Origin: an uncultured Acidobacteriota bacterium
GTDB taxonomy: Bacteria; Acidobacteriota; Vicinamibacteria; Fen-336
NCBI GenBank assembly: GCA_963720545.1
Contig: OY970399.1
Coordinates: forward strand, 1,568,001-1,632,000
DNA: 64,000 nucleotides
Reading direction: 5' to 3'
The notes below the pieces were generated by a model. That model saw only the letters and a list, made by a program, of their open reading frames with translations. It was not told where the DNA came from and did not search any database. A program made the position numbers and the translations under genes. How positions within the stretch are numbered: position 1 is the stretch's first letter; each line of letters begins with the position of its first letter. This document shows, in pieces, positions 1 to 9,379 of the stretch.

Positions 1-653
1 AGCCACGGAATGTAGGGGTCGCCGACCGCGAGGCGTTTCGCCTTGCCGCTGCGCGAGCCGTCGAGCACCGCCTGCACCAGCCAGCCTGGTGCGATCAGGT
101 AACGGCCGGCGCGAAACGCATCGGGCTCGGGAACCGCCTGCAGGTTCGGCGCGCCGGGCTGCCAGCCGCTCATCTCGACGACCACAGCCGCCACCACGTT
201 GCGCAGGTCGGCGCCCAGCGACTTCACGTAAGCGCGTGAGCCGGCGGTTCCGCCCTCGAAGCTGACGAACACGACGGTGCGGTTGCGGCCGGGCGCCGCG
301 GCCAGTGCCCGCGCCGTCTCGATGAGGATGCCGACGCCGCTGCCGTCGTCGTAGGCGCCCGGCGACTCCGCCGCCGAATCGTGATGGGCACCGATCACGA
401 GCGTCTCCCGGCCGGGGCCGGGCAGCACGCCGATGACGTTGCTGCCGGCGGTGCGCCCATCCGAGAAGCCCTGCAGCCGCACGTTTTCAAGCCCCGCGGA
501 GCGGAAGGCGGCGGCGACGTACTCCGCCGCCACGGCCGCCCGTGGCGAGCCGAACGGGTGCGGGCCGAGCGCCGCGAGCCGGGCGGCGTGGGTGTGGGCA
601 GCCGCGCCGTCTAGGGCCGCGGCAAGCAGCAATGGGGCTGCGAGAAGCGTCAT
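1..653 (-). CDS. M28 family metallopeptidase-like protein (3' end runs off the window; missing from the ORF track)
   Basis: Manual translation from ATG at 653: MTLLAAPLLLAAALDG...LGPHPFGSP...SNVIGVLPG..ETLVIGAHHDS....PGAYDDGSGVGILIETAR, which carries the M28 HxD and GAxDxxSG motifs. TATAAT at 669-664. Confidence 0.85.
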   Translation of the reverse strand, partial: MTLLAAPLLLAAALDGAAAHTHAARLAALGPHPFGSPRAAVAAEYVAAAFRSAGLENVRLQGFSDGRTAGSNVIGVLPGPGRETLVIGAHHDSAAESPGAYDDGSGVGILIETARALAAAPGRNRTVVFVSFEGGTAGSRAYVKSLGADLRNVVAAVVVEMSGWQPGAPNLQAVPEPDAFRAGRYLIAPGWLVQAVLDGSRSGKAKRLAVGDPYIPW

Positions 654-703
654 CGAGGAGCGGATTATAGGCTACAATCCCTACCTCTTTTTCCTTGACA
701 CAC

Positions 704-1363
704 ATGCATTTACGCCATCTCGTGACCGCGCTCGCCGGGATCGCGCTCACGGCGGTGCCCACCGGCGCCGCCGAAGTGCGCGGAAGGGTAACGATGATGG
801 AAAAGGGCGGCGCCGCTTCGTCCGACCTGGCCGCCGTGGTCGTCTACCTCGAGGGGGCCGCGGCGCCCGTAGCGCCGAAACGGACCACCATCACGATGCG
901 CGGCAAGGCCTTCGAGCCGCGCGTGCTGGTGGTGCCTGTCGGCGCCACCATCGACTTCCCGAACGCCGACCCCATCCTGCACAACGTGTTCTCCGCGACC
1001 AAAGGCAACAGCTTCGACCTGCAGCTCTACAAGGCGCCGAAGAGCGCTTCCTGGACCTTCCGTGAGGCCGGGATCGTCAACGTCTACTGCAACATCCACC
1101 CGCAGATGGGCGCCGTCGTCATCGTGCGCGACAATCCCTGGTATGCGAGCGTCCGGCCCGACGGCAGCTTCGCCATCGACGGCGTGCCCGCGGGCAAGTA
1201 CACGCTCACCGCGTGGCACGATCGCGGCGGCCAGGTCTCGCAAAGCGTCGTGGTGGGCGCGCAGGGTGCCGACGTGACGTTGGCGCTCGACGCCTCGCGC
1301 TACAAGTGGGTCGCGCACCGCAACAAGTTCGGCCGCGCCTACAGCACGGGCGAAAGGTATTGA
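704..1363 (+). CDS. Secreted cupredoxin-domain protein with C-terminal carboxypeptidase-regulatory-like beta-sandwich
   Basis: Signal peptide; FPNADPILHNVFS and YCNIHPQM give type-1 Cu ligands His/Cys/His/Met; GSFAIDGVPAGKYTLTAWH. Confidence 0.8.
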   Translation: MHLRHLVTALAGIALTAVPTGAAEVRGRVTMMEKGGAASSDLAAVVVYLEGAAAPVAPKRTTITMRGKAFEPRVLVVPVGATIDFPNADPILHNVFSATKGNSFDLQLYKAPKSASWTFREAGIVNVYCNIHPQMGAVVIVRDNPWYASVRPDGSFAIDGVPAGKYTLTAWHDRGGQVSQSVVVGAQGADVTLALDASRYKWVAHRNKFGRAYSTGERY

Positions 1364-1373
1364 CGGTTCGCGC

Positions 1374-3359
1374 GTGAGCCTCACGCAGAAGATCCTGGCG
1401 TTCGTCAGCGCCCTGGTGCTGGGGCTGCTCCTGACGACGCTCGTCTACACCACGTTCCAGGCGAACCGGCTGGCGCGCGAGAGCCTGCGCGAGGGGCTGA
1501 CGCAAACCACCAGCATCTGGGAGACGTTCCAGGCCGACCGCTACGACAAGCTCAAGCTCGGCCTGCGCGCCCTGGCCAACGAGCCGGCGTTCAAGGCGGT
1601 GGTGGAGGCGCGCGACCTGCCGACCATCCAGGACACGCTGGCGGAGCGCGGCGCCGACTTCGGCGCCGACTTGTTCGTGGTCACCGATGCGGGCGGCAGC
1701 GTGCTGTCGCGCGCCGGACGTGCGGGTCGCGAAGGCGCCGACCTGTCGCACGATCCGCTCATCCTCACCGTGCTCGACGGCCAGGAAGCGGCGACCATCT
1801 GGAAGGAAGGCACGCGCCTCTACCACACCGTGGCGGTGCCGATGGCGACCGGCGGCGCCCTGCAGGGCATCCTCATCGCCGGTTTTGCCCTCGACGAGCG
1901 GCTCGCGAGCGACATCCGCAAGCTGACGCGCTCGGAAATCGCCTTCTTCGCGAACGACGCGGGTTCCTGGAAGTTGTCGGCGTCGACCATCGGCGAAACG
2001 GGCGACGCGCTCGACCGCGCGGCCGAACCGCGCACGGAGCCGGTCACCGTCTCGTTGTCGAATGCGCCGTACCTGGCGGTGACGGCGCCGCTGCGGGCGG
2101 CGAGCGGCGAGGTGGTGGGCTCGATCGTGGCGCTGCGCAGCATCGACCAGGAGATGGCGCCCTTCCGCCGCTTCCGCTACAGCCTCATCGGCGCGTCGCT
2201 GGTGGCGCTCGTCTGCGGCCTGGGCGCCGCGTATGCGGTGAGCAGCGGCATCACGCGGCCAGTGCGCCGTCTCGTCGACCTCGTCGACCGGGTGCGCGAA
2301 GGCTCCTTCACCGGCGCGGTGCAGGTGACGAGCCGCGACGAGATCGGCACGCTGGCGCGCGCGTTCAACGCGCTGCTTGCCGACCTGCGCGAGAAGGAAC
2401 AGCTCATCACCTACCTGCGCGACGACAACGCGGCGGTGCACGAACAGCGCGCGGCCGGCAGCGGCAGCACGCCGACGCTGGTGCAGGGCGATGCCACCAG
2501 CCTGCGTCCGGACGCCACCCTCGGCGGCCTGGCCTCGCGCTACGAGATCCTCGAGACGCTCGGCAAGGGCGGCATGGGAGTCGTGTTCCGCGCGCGCGAC
2601 CGCAAGCTCGACGAGATCGTGGCGCTCAAGACGCTGCGCCCGGAGGTGCTCGCCACCGACCGCGGCCTGCTCGACCGCTTCAAGCAGGAACTGAAGCTGG
2701 CGCGCCGCATCACCCACAAGAACGTGATGCGCACCTACGATTTCGGCGAGGAAGCCGGCGCGCCTTACATAACGATGGAGTATGTCGAGGGCGTGACGCT
2801 CAAGGAGCTGGTCAAGAGCCGCGGTGCCTTGCCGCTGAACGTCGGCCTGCGCATCGCCAAGGAGATGTGCCACGGGCTCGAGGCGGCGCACGCCCAGGGC
2901 GTCGTGCACCGCGACATCAAGGCGCAGAACATGATGATCATCCCGGCCAGCGGCGCCCTCAAGATCATGGACTTCGGGATCGCGCGGCAGACGGACGTGA
3001 GCGCCGACGGCGAGCCGGGGCTGACGGTCGCGGGCATGGTGATGGGGACTCCCGACTACATGCCGCCCGAGCAGGCGCAGGGCCAGCCCGCCGACTTCCG
3101 CTCCGACATCTATTCGCTCGGCATCGTGCTGTTCGAGGCGTTCACCGGCAAGCTTCCGTTCCGCGGCGCGACCGTGCTGGGCACCCTGGCGAAGCAGGTG
3201 AACGAGGCCGCGCCCTCCCTGCGCAGCCTCAACCCGTCGATTCCCGCGAACCTCGAGGCAGCCGTGTTGCGCTGCCTCGCCAAGGATCCCGCGGCGCGTT
3301 ACCAGTCGATCGCGGAGCTGCTGGCCGACCTCGACTCGGTTTCGGCCGGCACGGCGTAG
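1374..3359 (+). CDS. Membrane Ser/Thr protein kinase with periplasmic Cache-like sensor and HAMP domain
   Basis: TM-sensor-TM architecture; HAMP (ITRPVRRL...RDEIGTLARAFN); Hanks motifs LGKGGMGVV, VALK, HRDIKAQN, DFG, GTPDYMPPEQ. Confidence 0.92.
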   Translation: MSLTQKILAFVSALVLGLLLTTLVYTTFQANRLARESLREGLTQTTSIWETFQADRYDKLKLGLRALANEPAFKAVVEARDLPTIQDTLAERGADFGADLFVVTDAGGSVLSRAGRAGREGADLSHDPLILTVLDGQEAATIWKEGTRLYHTVAVPMATGGALQGILIAGFALDERLASDIRKLTRSEIAFFANDAGSWKLSASTIGETGDALDRAAEPRTEPVTVSLSNAPYLAVTAPLRAASGEVVGSIVALRSIDQEMAPFRRFRYSLIGASLVALVCGLGAAYAVSSGITRPVRRLVDLVDRVREGSFTGAVQVTSRDEIGTLARAFNALLADLREKEQLITYLRDDNAAVHEQRAAGSGSTPTLVQGDATSLRPDATLGGLASRYEILETLGKGGMGVVFRARDRKLDEIVALKTLRPEVLATDRGLLDRFKQELKLARRITHKNVMRTYDFGEEAGAPYITMEYVEGVTLKELVKSRGALPLNVGLRIAKEMCHGLEAAHAQGVVHRDIKAQNMMIIPASGALKIMDFGIARQTDVSADGEPGLTVAGMVMGTPDYMPPEQAQGQPADFRSDIYSLGIVLFEAFTGKLPFRGATVLGTLAKQVNEAAPSLRSLNPSIPANLEAAVLRCLAKDPAARYQSIAELLADLDSVSAGTA

Positions 3360-3371
3360 AACACCGCCGCT

Positions 3372-3923
3372 TTGAAGAAGGACCCGAAGCGGATCGTGGT
3401 GCTGGGCCCAGAATCGACCGGCAAGACGACGCTCGCCGCCGAGCTCGCCGCGCACTACCGCACAACGGTTGCGCCGGAATACCTGCGCACGCTGGTCGCG
3501 ACCCGGCTGCGCGACAGCGGGCGCATGCACGTCGGCATGCGCGACACGCGGGCCATCGTCCTCGGCCAGGTCGCGAACGAAGACGATGCCGTGCGACGCG
3601 CCGGCGAGGTGGTGATCTTCGACACCAACCCCCTGCAGTCGCTCGTTTACTACGAACACTACTTCGGCGCGCGCCGGCCGCTGTGGCTGGAGCGCATCCT
3701 GGCGCAGCGTCGCTACGACCTCTATCTATTGCTCGATGTGGATGTGCCATGGGTCGCCGACCCGCAGCGCGACCGGCCGCGCTTTCGCCGCGGCTTCTAT
3801 CGCCTGTTTCACCAGGCGCTGCGCGCGCGGCAGCTGCCGTTCGTGCGCATCCACGGCACCTGGGACGAGCGCCGGCAGCGGGCGATCCGGGCGATCGATC
3901 GGCTAAGATCGGCGTCGGCGTGA
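3372..3923 (+). CDS. NadR-like P-loop kinase/ATPase (AAA_28 type), stand-alone
   Basis: GPESTGKTT, PEY, FDTNPLQ, YDLYLLLDVDVPWVADPQRD; TTG start. Confidence 0.85.
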   Translation: MKKDPKRIVVLGPESTGKTTLAAELAAHYRTTVAPEYLRTLVATRLRDSGRMHVGMRDTRAIVLGQVANEDDAVRRAGEVVIFDTNPLQSLVYYEHYFGARRPLWLERILAQRRYDLYLLLDVDVPWVADPQRDRPRFRRGFYRLFHQALRARQLPFVRIHGTWDERRQRAIRAIDRLRSASA

Positions 3924-5353
3924 CATCCCTTTCCGTGCTCGTTCCCGTCTACAACGAGGAATTCCTGGTGGAGGCTTCGCTTGCGCGCCTCGAGGCGCTT
4001 GCGGCAAGCCCGCACCTCGAGCGCGTCCAGGTCGTGGTCGTCGACGACCGCTCCAGGGACGGCACCGGCGCCATCCTCGACCGGCTGCAGGCGGCGCGCG
4101 CCGCCGAGCCGCACGGCAAGATCGAGTGGTTGTTCCTGCGCCACGAGAAGAACCAGGGGAAGGGCGCCGCCATCCGCACGGCGCTGCAGCACGCCGATTG
4201 CGAGATCACCGTCATCCACGACGCCGACCTCGAGTATCACCCGCACGACCTGCTGCGCTTCATCGACTTGTTCGTCGACGAGGAGGCGGACGCCGTGTTC
4301 GGCTCGCGCTTCGCCGGCGGCGCCGCGCGCCGCGTGCTGCTCTTCCGCCATCAGCTCGGCAACAAGTTCCTGACGTTCCTCTGCAACATGGTCACGAACC
4401 TGAACCTCACCGACATGGAGACCTGCTACAAGGCGGTGCGCACCGACCTGCTGAAGTCGATCCCCATCGTCTCCAACGACTTCCGCCTCGAACCGGAGCT
4501 GACGATCAAGCTCGGCAAGCGCAAGGCGCGCATTTTCGAGATCCCCATCAGCTATTCGGGGCGCACCTACGAAGAAGGCAAGAAGATCAACTGGCGCGAC
4601 GGCTTCGCGGCGCTGTGGGCGATCGTCCGCTTCGCGCTCTCCGACGAGATCTTCACCAAGGACGAGTACGGCAGCCAGATCCTCGCGCGCCTGTCGCGCG
4701 CGCCGCGCTTCAACGCCTGGATGGCCGACGTCATCCGGCCGTATTGCCGGCAGCGCGTCCTCGAGATCGGCAGCGGCGTCGGCAACCTGACGAAGAAGCT
4801 GATTCCGCGGCGGGCCTACGTCGCCTCCGACATCAACCCGCTCTACCTGCAGTCGCTCGCCGCCCTCACCAAGGAACGGCCCTACCTGTCGGTTTCCTAT
4901 TGCGACGTCACCGACGCCGCCACTTTCAAGCGTCCACCGGAAGGCTTCGACACGGTCATCTGCCTCAACGTCATCGAACACGTGGGCGACGACCGCGCGG
5001 CGATGAGCAACATCCATTCGGTGCTGTCGCACGACGGCCGCGCCATCGTCCTGGTGCCGCAGGGTCCAGGCAACTTCGGCACCCTCGACGAAGTGCTCGG
5101 CCACCAGCGCCGCTACACCGTGGCGACTCTCACGGCTCTGGCGGAAGCGTCGGCGTTCAAGGTCGAGGAGATGATCCCCTTCAACCGCACCGGAACGTGG
5201 GCGTGGTACCTGAACGGCAAGCTGCTGCGCCGCCGCCATTTCGGGCTGCTGCAGATCAAGGCGCTCAACCTGCTGACGCCGCTGTTCCGCGCGATCGACC
5301 GCTTCTTCCCCGCGCCGCCGCTCAGCCTGATCGCGATCCTGCGCCCGACATAG
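3920..5353 (+). CDS. Glycosyltransferase family 2 (DPM1-like) fused to class I SAM methyltransferase
   Basis: LSVLVPVYNE, VVDDRSRDGT, NQGKGAA, HDADLEY, GSRF, DMETCYK; C-terminal VLEIGSGVG and NVIEHV; GTGA overlap with the upstream stop. Confidence 0.9.
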   Translation: MTSLSVLVPVYNEEFLVEASLARLEALAASPHLERVQVVVVDDRSRDGTGAILDRLQAARAAEPHGKIEWLFLRHEKNQGKGAAIRTALQHADCEITVIHDADLEYHPHDLLRFIDLFVDEEADAVFGSRFAGGAARRVLLFRHQLGNKFLTFLCNMVTNLNLTDMETCYKAVRTDLLKSIPIVSNDFRLEPELTIKLGKRKARIFEIPISYSGRTYEEGKKINWRDGFAALWAIVRFALSDEIFTKDEYGSQILARLSRAPRFNAWMADVIRPYCRQRVLEIGSGVGNLTKKLIPRRAYVASDINPLYLQSLAALTKERPYLSVSYCDVTDAATFKRPPEGFDTVICLNVIEHVGDDRAAMSNIHSVLSHDGRAIVLVPQGPGNFGTLDEVLGHQRRYTVATLTALAEASAFKVEEMIPFNRTGTWAWYLNGKLLRRRHFGLLQIKALNLLTPLFRAIDRFFPAPPLSLIAILRPT

Positions 5354-5363
5354 TCGCCCCCTG

Positions 5364-7241
5364 TCAACGGGCGATCGTTGGCAACTTCATCCTGTTCAAT
5401 ATATGGACGAAGCGCGGGTCGCCGCGCAGCGCGTCCCACTTGGGGTCGACAGCGAGGAAGACCATGTGGACGTCCCGCTCCTGGCACGCTCTCTCCAGCC
5501 ACTTCAGGGCTTCCCGCTCGTTGCCGAGCCCGTGATGGACGAGCGCCAGGTAATGCGGCGGAACATACTTTCGCCGCGAGATCTCCTGCAACTGCCGCAA
5601 CGAGTCCTCGGCTTCGCGCCTCCGGCCGGACACGGCGTCCGTGTAGCCGCTCAATGAGATCGGCTCCGACATGCCGCCTGCAAACTCCCTGGCCTTCTGA
5701 AATGCCGCCAGGGCATCGGCGTGCCTGCCGGCGCCAGCGTAGATCTTGCCGAGAGTGATGAGCCCAACCCAGTAGTTTGGCTCCAGTTCCAGCGCGCCCC
5801 GTAAATTTTCGATCGCCTCAGGGTAGCGGCGCGCCTGGTAGAGGAAGTGCGCCTTCAGCGTGAGCGCGGGAACGGAAATCGGGTCCAGCATGAGGGCGCG
5901 TTCCGCTTGCTCCAGGGCATCTTCATTCCGGCCAAGATCGGAGAGCAGGTGACCGTAGCCAACGTGCGCGAAGAGCTGGTTTGGGCTGATCTCCAGCGCC
6001 TGCTTGAACTCCTTTTCTGCGCCCTGCCAGTCCCACTCGTACCAGAGCTTGATCCAGCCCAAAGCGGTGTGGGCTTCGGCAAGCTGCCCGTCGATCGCGA
6101 GCGCGCGCAGCGCCGCGCTCGTCGCCAGCGGAAAAGCCTCGGCAGACTGTATGTCGCTCGTGATGGGCAGGTTCCTGTAGCAATCGGAAAGCCCTGCAAG
6201 CGCGAGAGCGTAGTTCGGGTCCTGGCGAATGGCCTCCTCGAAAAATCCGATCGCCTTCCTTATCGATTCCAGCGTGGACTGATTCAGGAAAAAGCGGCCC
6301 TTGAGGTAGAGCTCGTACGCCTGCGCGTCGTTCGTGTGCCGCTTCGCCAGCAGTTCCCGCTCGCCGCCCGTCAGTTCCAGCGCCAACTCCGCCGTGACCT
6401 TCTCCGCGATCGAATCCTGGAGGGCGAAGATGTCCCTGGCATCCTCGTCGAACTCGCCCGCCCACATCTGCTTCCCGTCGCCGACGCTGACCAGCCGGGC
6501 GCTCACGCGGATCCGATCGCCCCAGGCCTGGATGTGTCCGTCGAGCACCGCCTGGACACCCAGCTCACGGCCGGCGGTGAAGGGGTCCTGCTCCGGGCCA
6601 CCGTAGCGGCGCACTGCCGACAGGGGACGGACGGTCAACTGCTGGATGTTGCTGAGCCGCGTGATCAAAGTGTCCGAGATACCCATCTCGAGAGAGGCGT
6701 TCCCGGCCTGCACCACCAGCGGCTTGAACGGCAACACGGCGATTGTCCGTATCGGCGGCAACGCGAGGCCTGGCGTTTTCGTCCACCAGACAGCGACCGC
6801 AAGCGCGGCGCCAAGCAATAGCGCCATCGACACCACTATCCGTACCCGGTTCCGGCCTGGCGCGCCTGAATCCGGGGCGGCGACGTCGGGGGCGCCTGCA
6901 CCGCTCACGCCGTCACGGACTACCTTGACCTCCGCGACGAAGCGGTAGCCGCTGCCCGGTACGGTCGCAATGTACCGGTTGTCGCCGCGGTTCTCACCGA
7001 GCACGCGGCGCAGTGTCGAGACATTCTGGTCCAGGTTGTTCTCTTCGACGAAGGCGTCCGGCCAGATGGCACGCATCAGCTCCTCGCGCGCGATCACCCT
7101 GCCCGGATTGCGCACCAGGTAGAGCAGGGTATCGAAGACCCGTGGCTTGAGGGCGACCGGATCCCCGTGTTGCAGCAGCAGGCGTCGCGCGCCGTCCACC
7201 CGGAAGTCGCCAAACTCGTGCGATTCCGGCCGCGGCTCCAT
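5364..7241 (-). CDS. CadC/OmpR-type winged-helix protein with TM, TolB-N-like and TPR domains
   Basis: FGDFRVD...LKPRVFDTLLYLV...IWPDAFVEENNL...IATVPGSGYRF; IAVLPF; multiple TPRs; C-terminal DPKWDALRGDPRF. Confidence 0.9.
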   Translation of the reverse strand: MEPRPESHEFGDFRVDGARRLLLQHGDPVALKPRVFDTLLYLVRNPGRVIAREELMRAIWPDAFVEENNLDQNVSTLRRVLGENRGDNRYIATVPGSGYRFVAEVKVVRDGVSGAGAPDVAAPDSGAPGRNRVRIVVSMALLLGAALAVAVWWTKTPGLALPPIRTIAVLPFKPLVVQAGNASLEMGISDTLITRLSNIQQLTVRPLSAVRRYGGPEQDPFTAGRELGVQAVLDGHIQAWGDRIRVSARLVSVGDGKQMWAGEFDEDARDIFALQDSIAEKVTAELALELTGGERELLAKRHTNDAQAYELYLKGRFFLNQSTLESIRKAIGFFEEAIRQDPNYALALAGLSDCYRNLPITSDIQSAEAFPLATSAALRALAIDGQLAEAHTALGWIKLWYEWDWQGAEKEFKQALEISPNQLFAHVGYGHLLSDLGRNEDALEQAERALMLDPISVPALTLKAHFLYQARRYPEAIENLRGALELEPNYWVGLITLGKIYAGAGRHADALAAFQKAREFAGGMSEPISLSGYTDAVSGRRREAEDSLRQLQEISRRKYVPPHYLALVHHGLGNEREALKWLERACQERDVHMVFLAVDPKWDALRGDPRFVHILNRMKLPTIAR

Positions 7242-7253
7242 GTTGGCGGCGGT

Positions 7254-7290
7254 GTCAGGAGTGTTCAGAAGGATTCAGCTCCCCGTTAAG
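7254..7290. promoter_or_regulatory. Helically phased TCAG direct repeats, putative wHTH operator
   Basis: TCAG at 7255, 7265 and 7275, plus TAAG at 7287, in the divergent intergenic region. Confidence 0.55.
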
Positions 7291-7369
7291 GACCGGTGGC
7301 GCGTTTCGGAGCAGATTCGACGCACATGCCGGGGAGGCACTTTCCTTTTCGGCGAAAGGAGATCTGGAA

Positions 7370-7888
7370 ATGACTTGGAAGATCCGAAGCGCAAGTAGGA
7401 CGGTGGCTGTCTGGTCCGTGTTTGCCGTCGCGGCCGGAATGGCAACCGCCTTCGCACAAGACGTGGCGTCCGGCACGGGCGAAGGCCGCGAGCTGGCGCA
7501 GTCGCGGACCAGGAGGATCGAGGGAACGTGGTTGACGCAGGTCTCGATCCGCGACTGCCAGACCGGGGCTGAATTGAGGACCTTTCCGGCGCTCAACACG
7601 TTCGCGGAGGGCGGGTCGCTCAACGACACGACCACGGGCTTCGGCCAGGCGCAGCGCAGCCCCGGCCTTGGCTTCTGGGAAAGGACCGGCCGCGACTCTT
7701 TCCGGGCCGTGTCGGTCGCGTTCCTCTTCAACCCGGCAGGCGCCTGGACCGGGACCCAGCGCCTTACCCACACGCTCCGCATCGGGCCGAACGAGCTGAC
7801 CTTCAACACTTCGAACAGGATCGTCGACCCCAACGGAGTTCCACTGGTCTCAGGCTGCGCCACCGCTGTTGGCCGTCGCCTGGAATGA
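7370..7888 (+). CDS. Secreted hypothetical protein (beta-barrel-like)
   Basis: SD AAGGAG; signal peptide ending AFA; IEGTW motif; two Cys. Confidence 0.75.
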   Translation: MTWKIRSASRTVAVWSVFAVAAGMATAFAQDVASGTGEGRELAQSRTRRIEGTWLTQVSIRDCQTGAELRTFPALNTFAEGGSLNDTTTGFGQAQRSPGLGFWERTGRDSFRAVSVAFLFNPAGAWTGTQRLTHTLRIGPNELTFNTSNRIVDPNGVPLVSGCATAVGRRLE

Positions 7889-7892
7889 TGTG

Positions 7893-7930
7893 AAGCGGCG
7901 GCGCCTTTGCGGAGTCGCCGCCGCTTTCTC
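7893..7930 (+). terminator. Hairpin/terminator between convergent genes
   Basis: AAGCGGCGGCG (7893-7903) pairs with CGCCGCCGCTT (7916-7926), followed by a pyrimidine run. Confidence 0.55.
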
Positions 7931-7973
7931 CAACACAAAGGCGAGTCGGAGTCTACCCTGCCGTGGCGGGCAT

Positions 7974-9368
7974 TCAGCCCATGAAACCGAGATCGCGCGT
8001 CGCGTAGTTGCCGAGGTTCGGGAAGATGAGGCCCAGCTCGGAATCGCCCACGCCGAACCAGCGCGCCAGCGTCGCCGCGTACTGGTCGACGGAGGTTGTG
8101 GGAATGATCTGGCCCCAGCCGACGTCATCGGGGCCGTCGTTCTGCAGCACCGGCATGCGCCCGAAGAAGCGTCCGCCGCGCACGCCCCCGCCGACCACGA
8201 AGTGGTGGGCGCCCCAGCCGTGGTCGGAGCCGTCGCCGTTCGATGACAGCGTGCGGCCGAAGTCGGACGCGGTGAAGGCGGTGACGTCGCCCTCGACGCC
8301 CATTTCCGCGGTGGCGTCGTAGAACGCCGACAGCGATTGCGCCAGGTCGGCGAGCAGGTGCGGCTGGTCGGCCAGCAGGTAGTCGTGATGGTCGAAGCCA
8401 CCGATCGAGACGAAGAAGATCTGCCGCTTGAGGTTGAGGGCGCCGCGCACGCCGATGAGCTGCGCGACCATCTTGAGCTGCGCGCCGAGCGAGCTGCCGG
8501 GAAACACGGTGGCAAGCGCGGGAGCGCCTTCGAGGGCGGCAGCAAGCGCGGCCGCGTTGTCGCGCGAGCGGTTGAAGCGCGCCGCGAACGTACGCTCCAG
8601 GACGTGCGCCTGCGCGCCCGGGGCCATCATCGCGAGGAAGGCGCGGCGCCGGTCTTCGTTCCACTCGATCGGACCGAAGGTGCGCGGCCCGTCGCTGCCC
8701 ATGATGTACTGGCTGGTCTCGGCGGCGCGTTCGAGGACGCTTTCGGACCCTAGCGAGATGGTCATCGGTACCGTCGCACCGGGATTAGCGCCCTGCAGCA
8801 GGTCGGCGATGCGACCGCCCCAGCCGAGGTTGCGCGAATCGTCGGAGCGCGACACCTGCCAGTAACCCTGCTGGTCGTTGTGCGAGAAGAGCTGCGGCGG
8901 CACCACCGCGCGGCCGGCGCGATAATCCCCCTTCGTCACCGGCTGCACCAGCGTGCCGACATTGGCGAGCACCGCGGCCTTGCCGGTGTTGAACAGGTTC
9001 TGCAGGCCGCGCATGCCCACTGGATCGGCGCCTGTTATGGCTTGCTGCAGTCCGTAGCTCGCGCCGTCCGAAGCGCCGCCGCCGGCAACGGGCGCAAGGG
9101 GTAGCAAGCTGCCACGCGGGAGAGCCAGGGTGGCGCGCGCCGCGGCGTACTGGTTGTAGTGCGCGGTGTCGGTGGGCACCACCATATTGGCGGCGTCGTT
9201 GCCACCGAACAGGAACACGCACACCAGCGCCTTGTAGTCGTCGAAGGCATCGACGCCGTAGGTGCGGACAGCGGCCTCGACCAGCTTCAGGTTGCCAAGC
9301 GCCGTGAACGCGCTGACGCCGCTGAGGGCCGAACAGATCGTGCGGTTGATCATTTCGCGTCGGTTCAT
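7974..9368 (-). CDS. DUF1501 family protein (Tat signal)
   Basis: MNRRE.. twin-Arg; DYKALVCVFLFGGND, LFSHNDQ, GWGGR, GGFDHH, SDFGRTL.SNGDGSDHGWG. Confidence 0.9.
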   Translation of the reverse strand: MNRREMINRTICSALSGVSAFTALGNLKLVEAAVRTYGVDAFDDYKALVCVFLFGGNDAANMVVPTDTAHYNQYAAARATLALPRGSLLPLAPVAGGGASDGASYGLQQAITGADPVGMRGLQNLFNTGKAAVLANVGTLVQPVTKGDYRAGRAVVPPQLFSHNDQQGYWQVSRSDDSRNLGWGGRIADLLQGANPGATVPMTISLGSESVLERAAETSQYIMGSDGPRTFGPIEWNEDRRRAFLAMMAPGAQAHVLERTFAARFNRSRDNAAALAAALEGAPALATVFPGSSLGAQLKMVAQLIGVRGALNLKRQIFFVSIGGFDHHDYLLADQPHLLADLAQSLSAFYDATAEMGVEGDVTAFTASDFGRTLSSNGDGSDHGWGAHHFVVGGGVRGGRFFGRMPVLQNDGPDDVGWGQIIPTTSVDQYAATLARWFGVGDSELGLIFPNLGNYATRDLGFMG

Positions 9369-9379
9369 GTCGGCCTACC

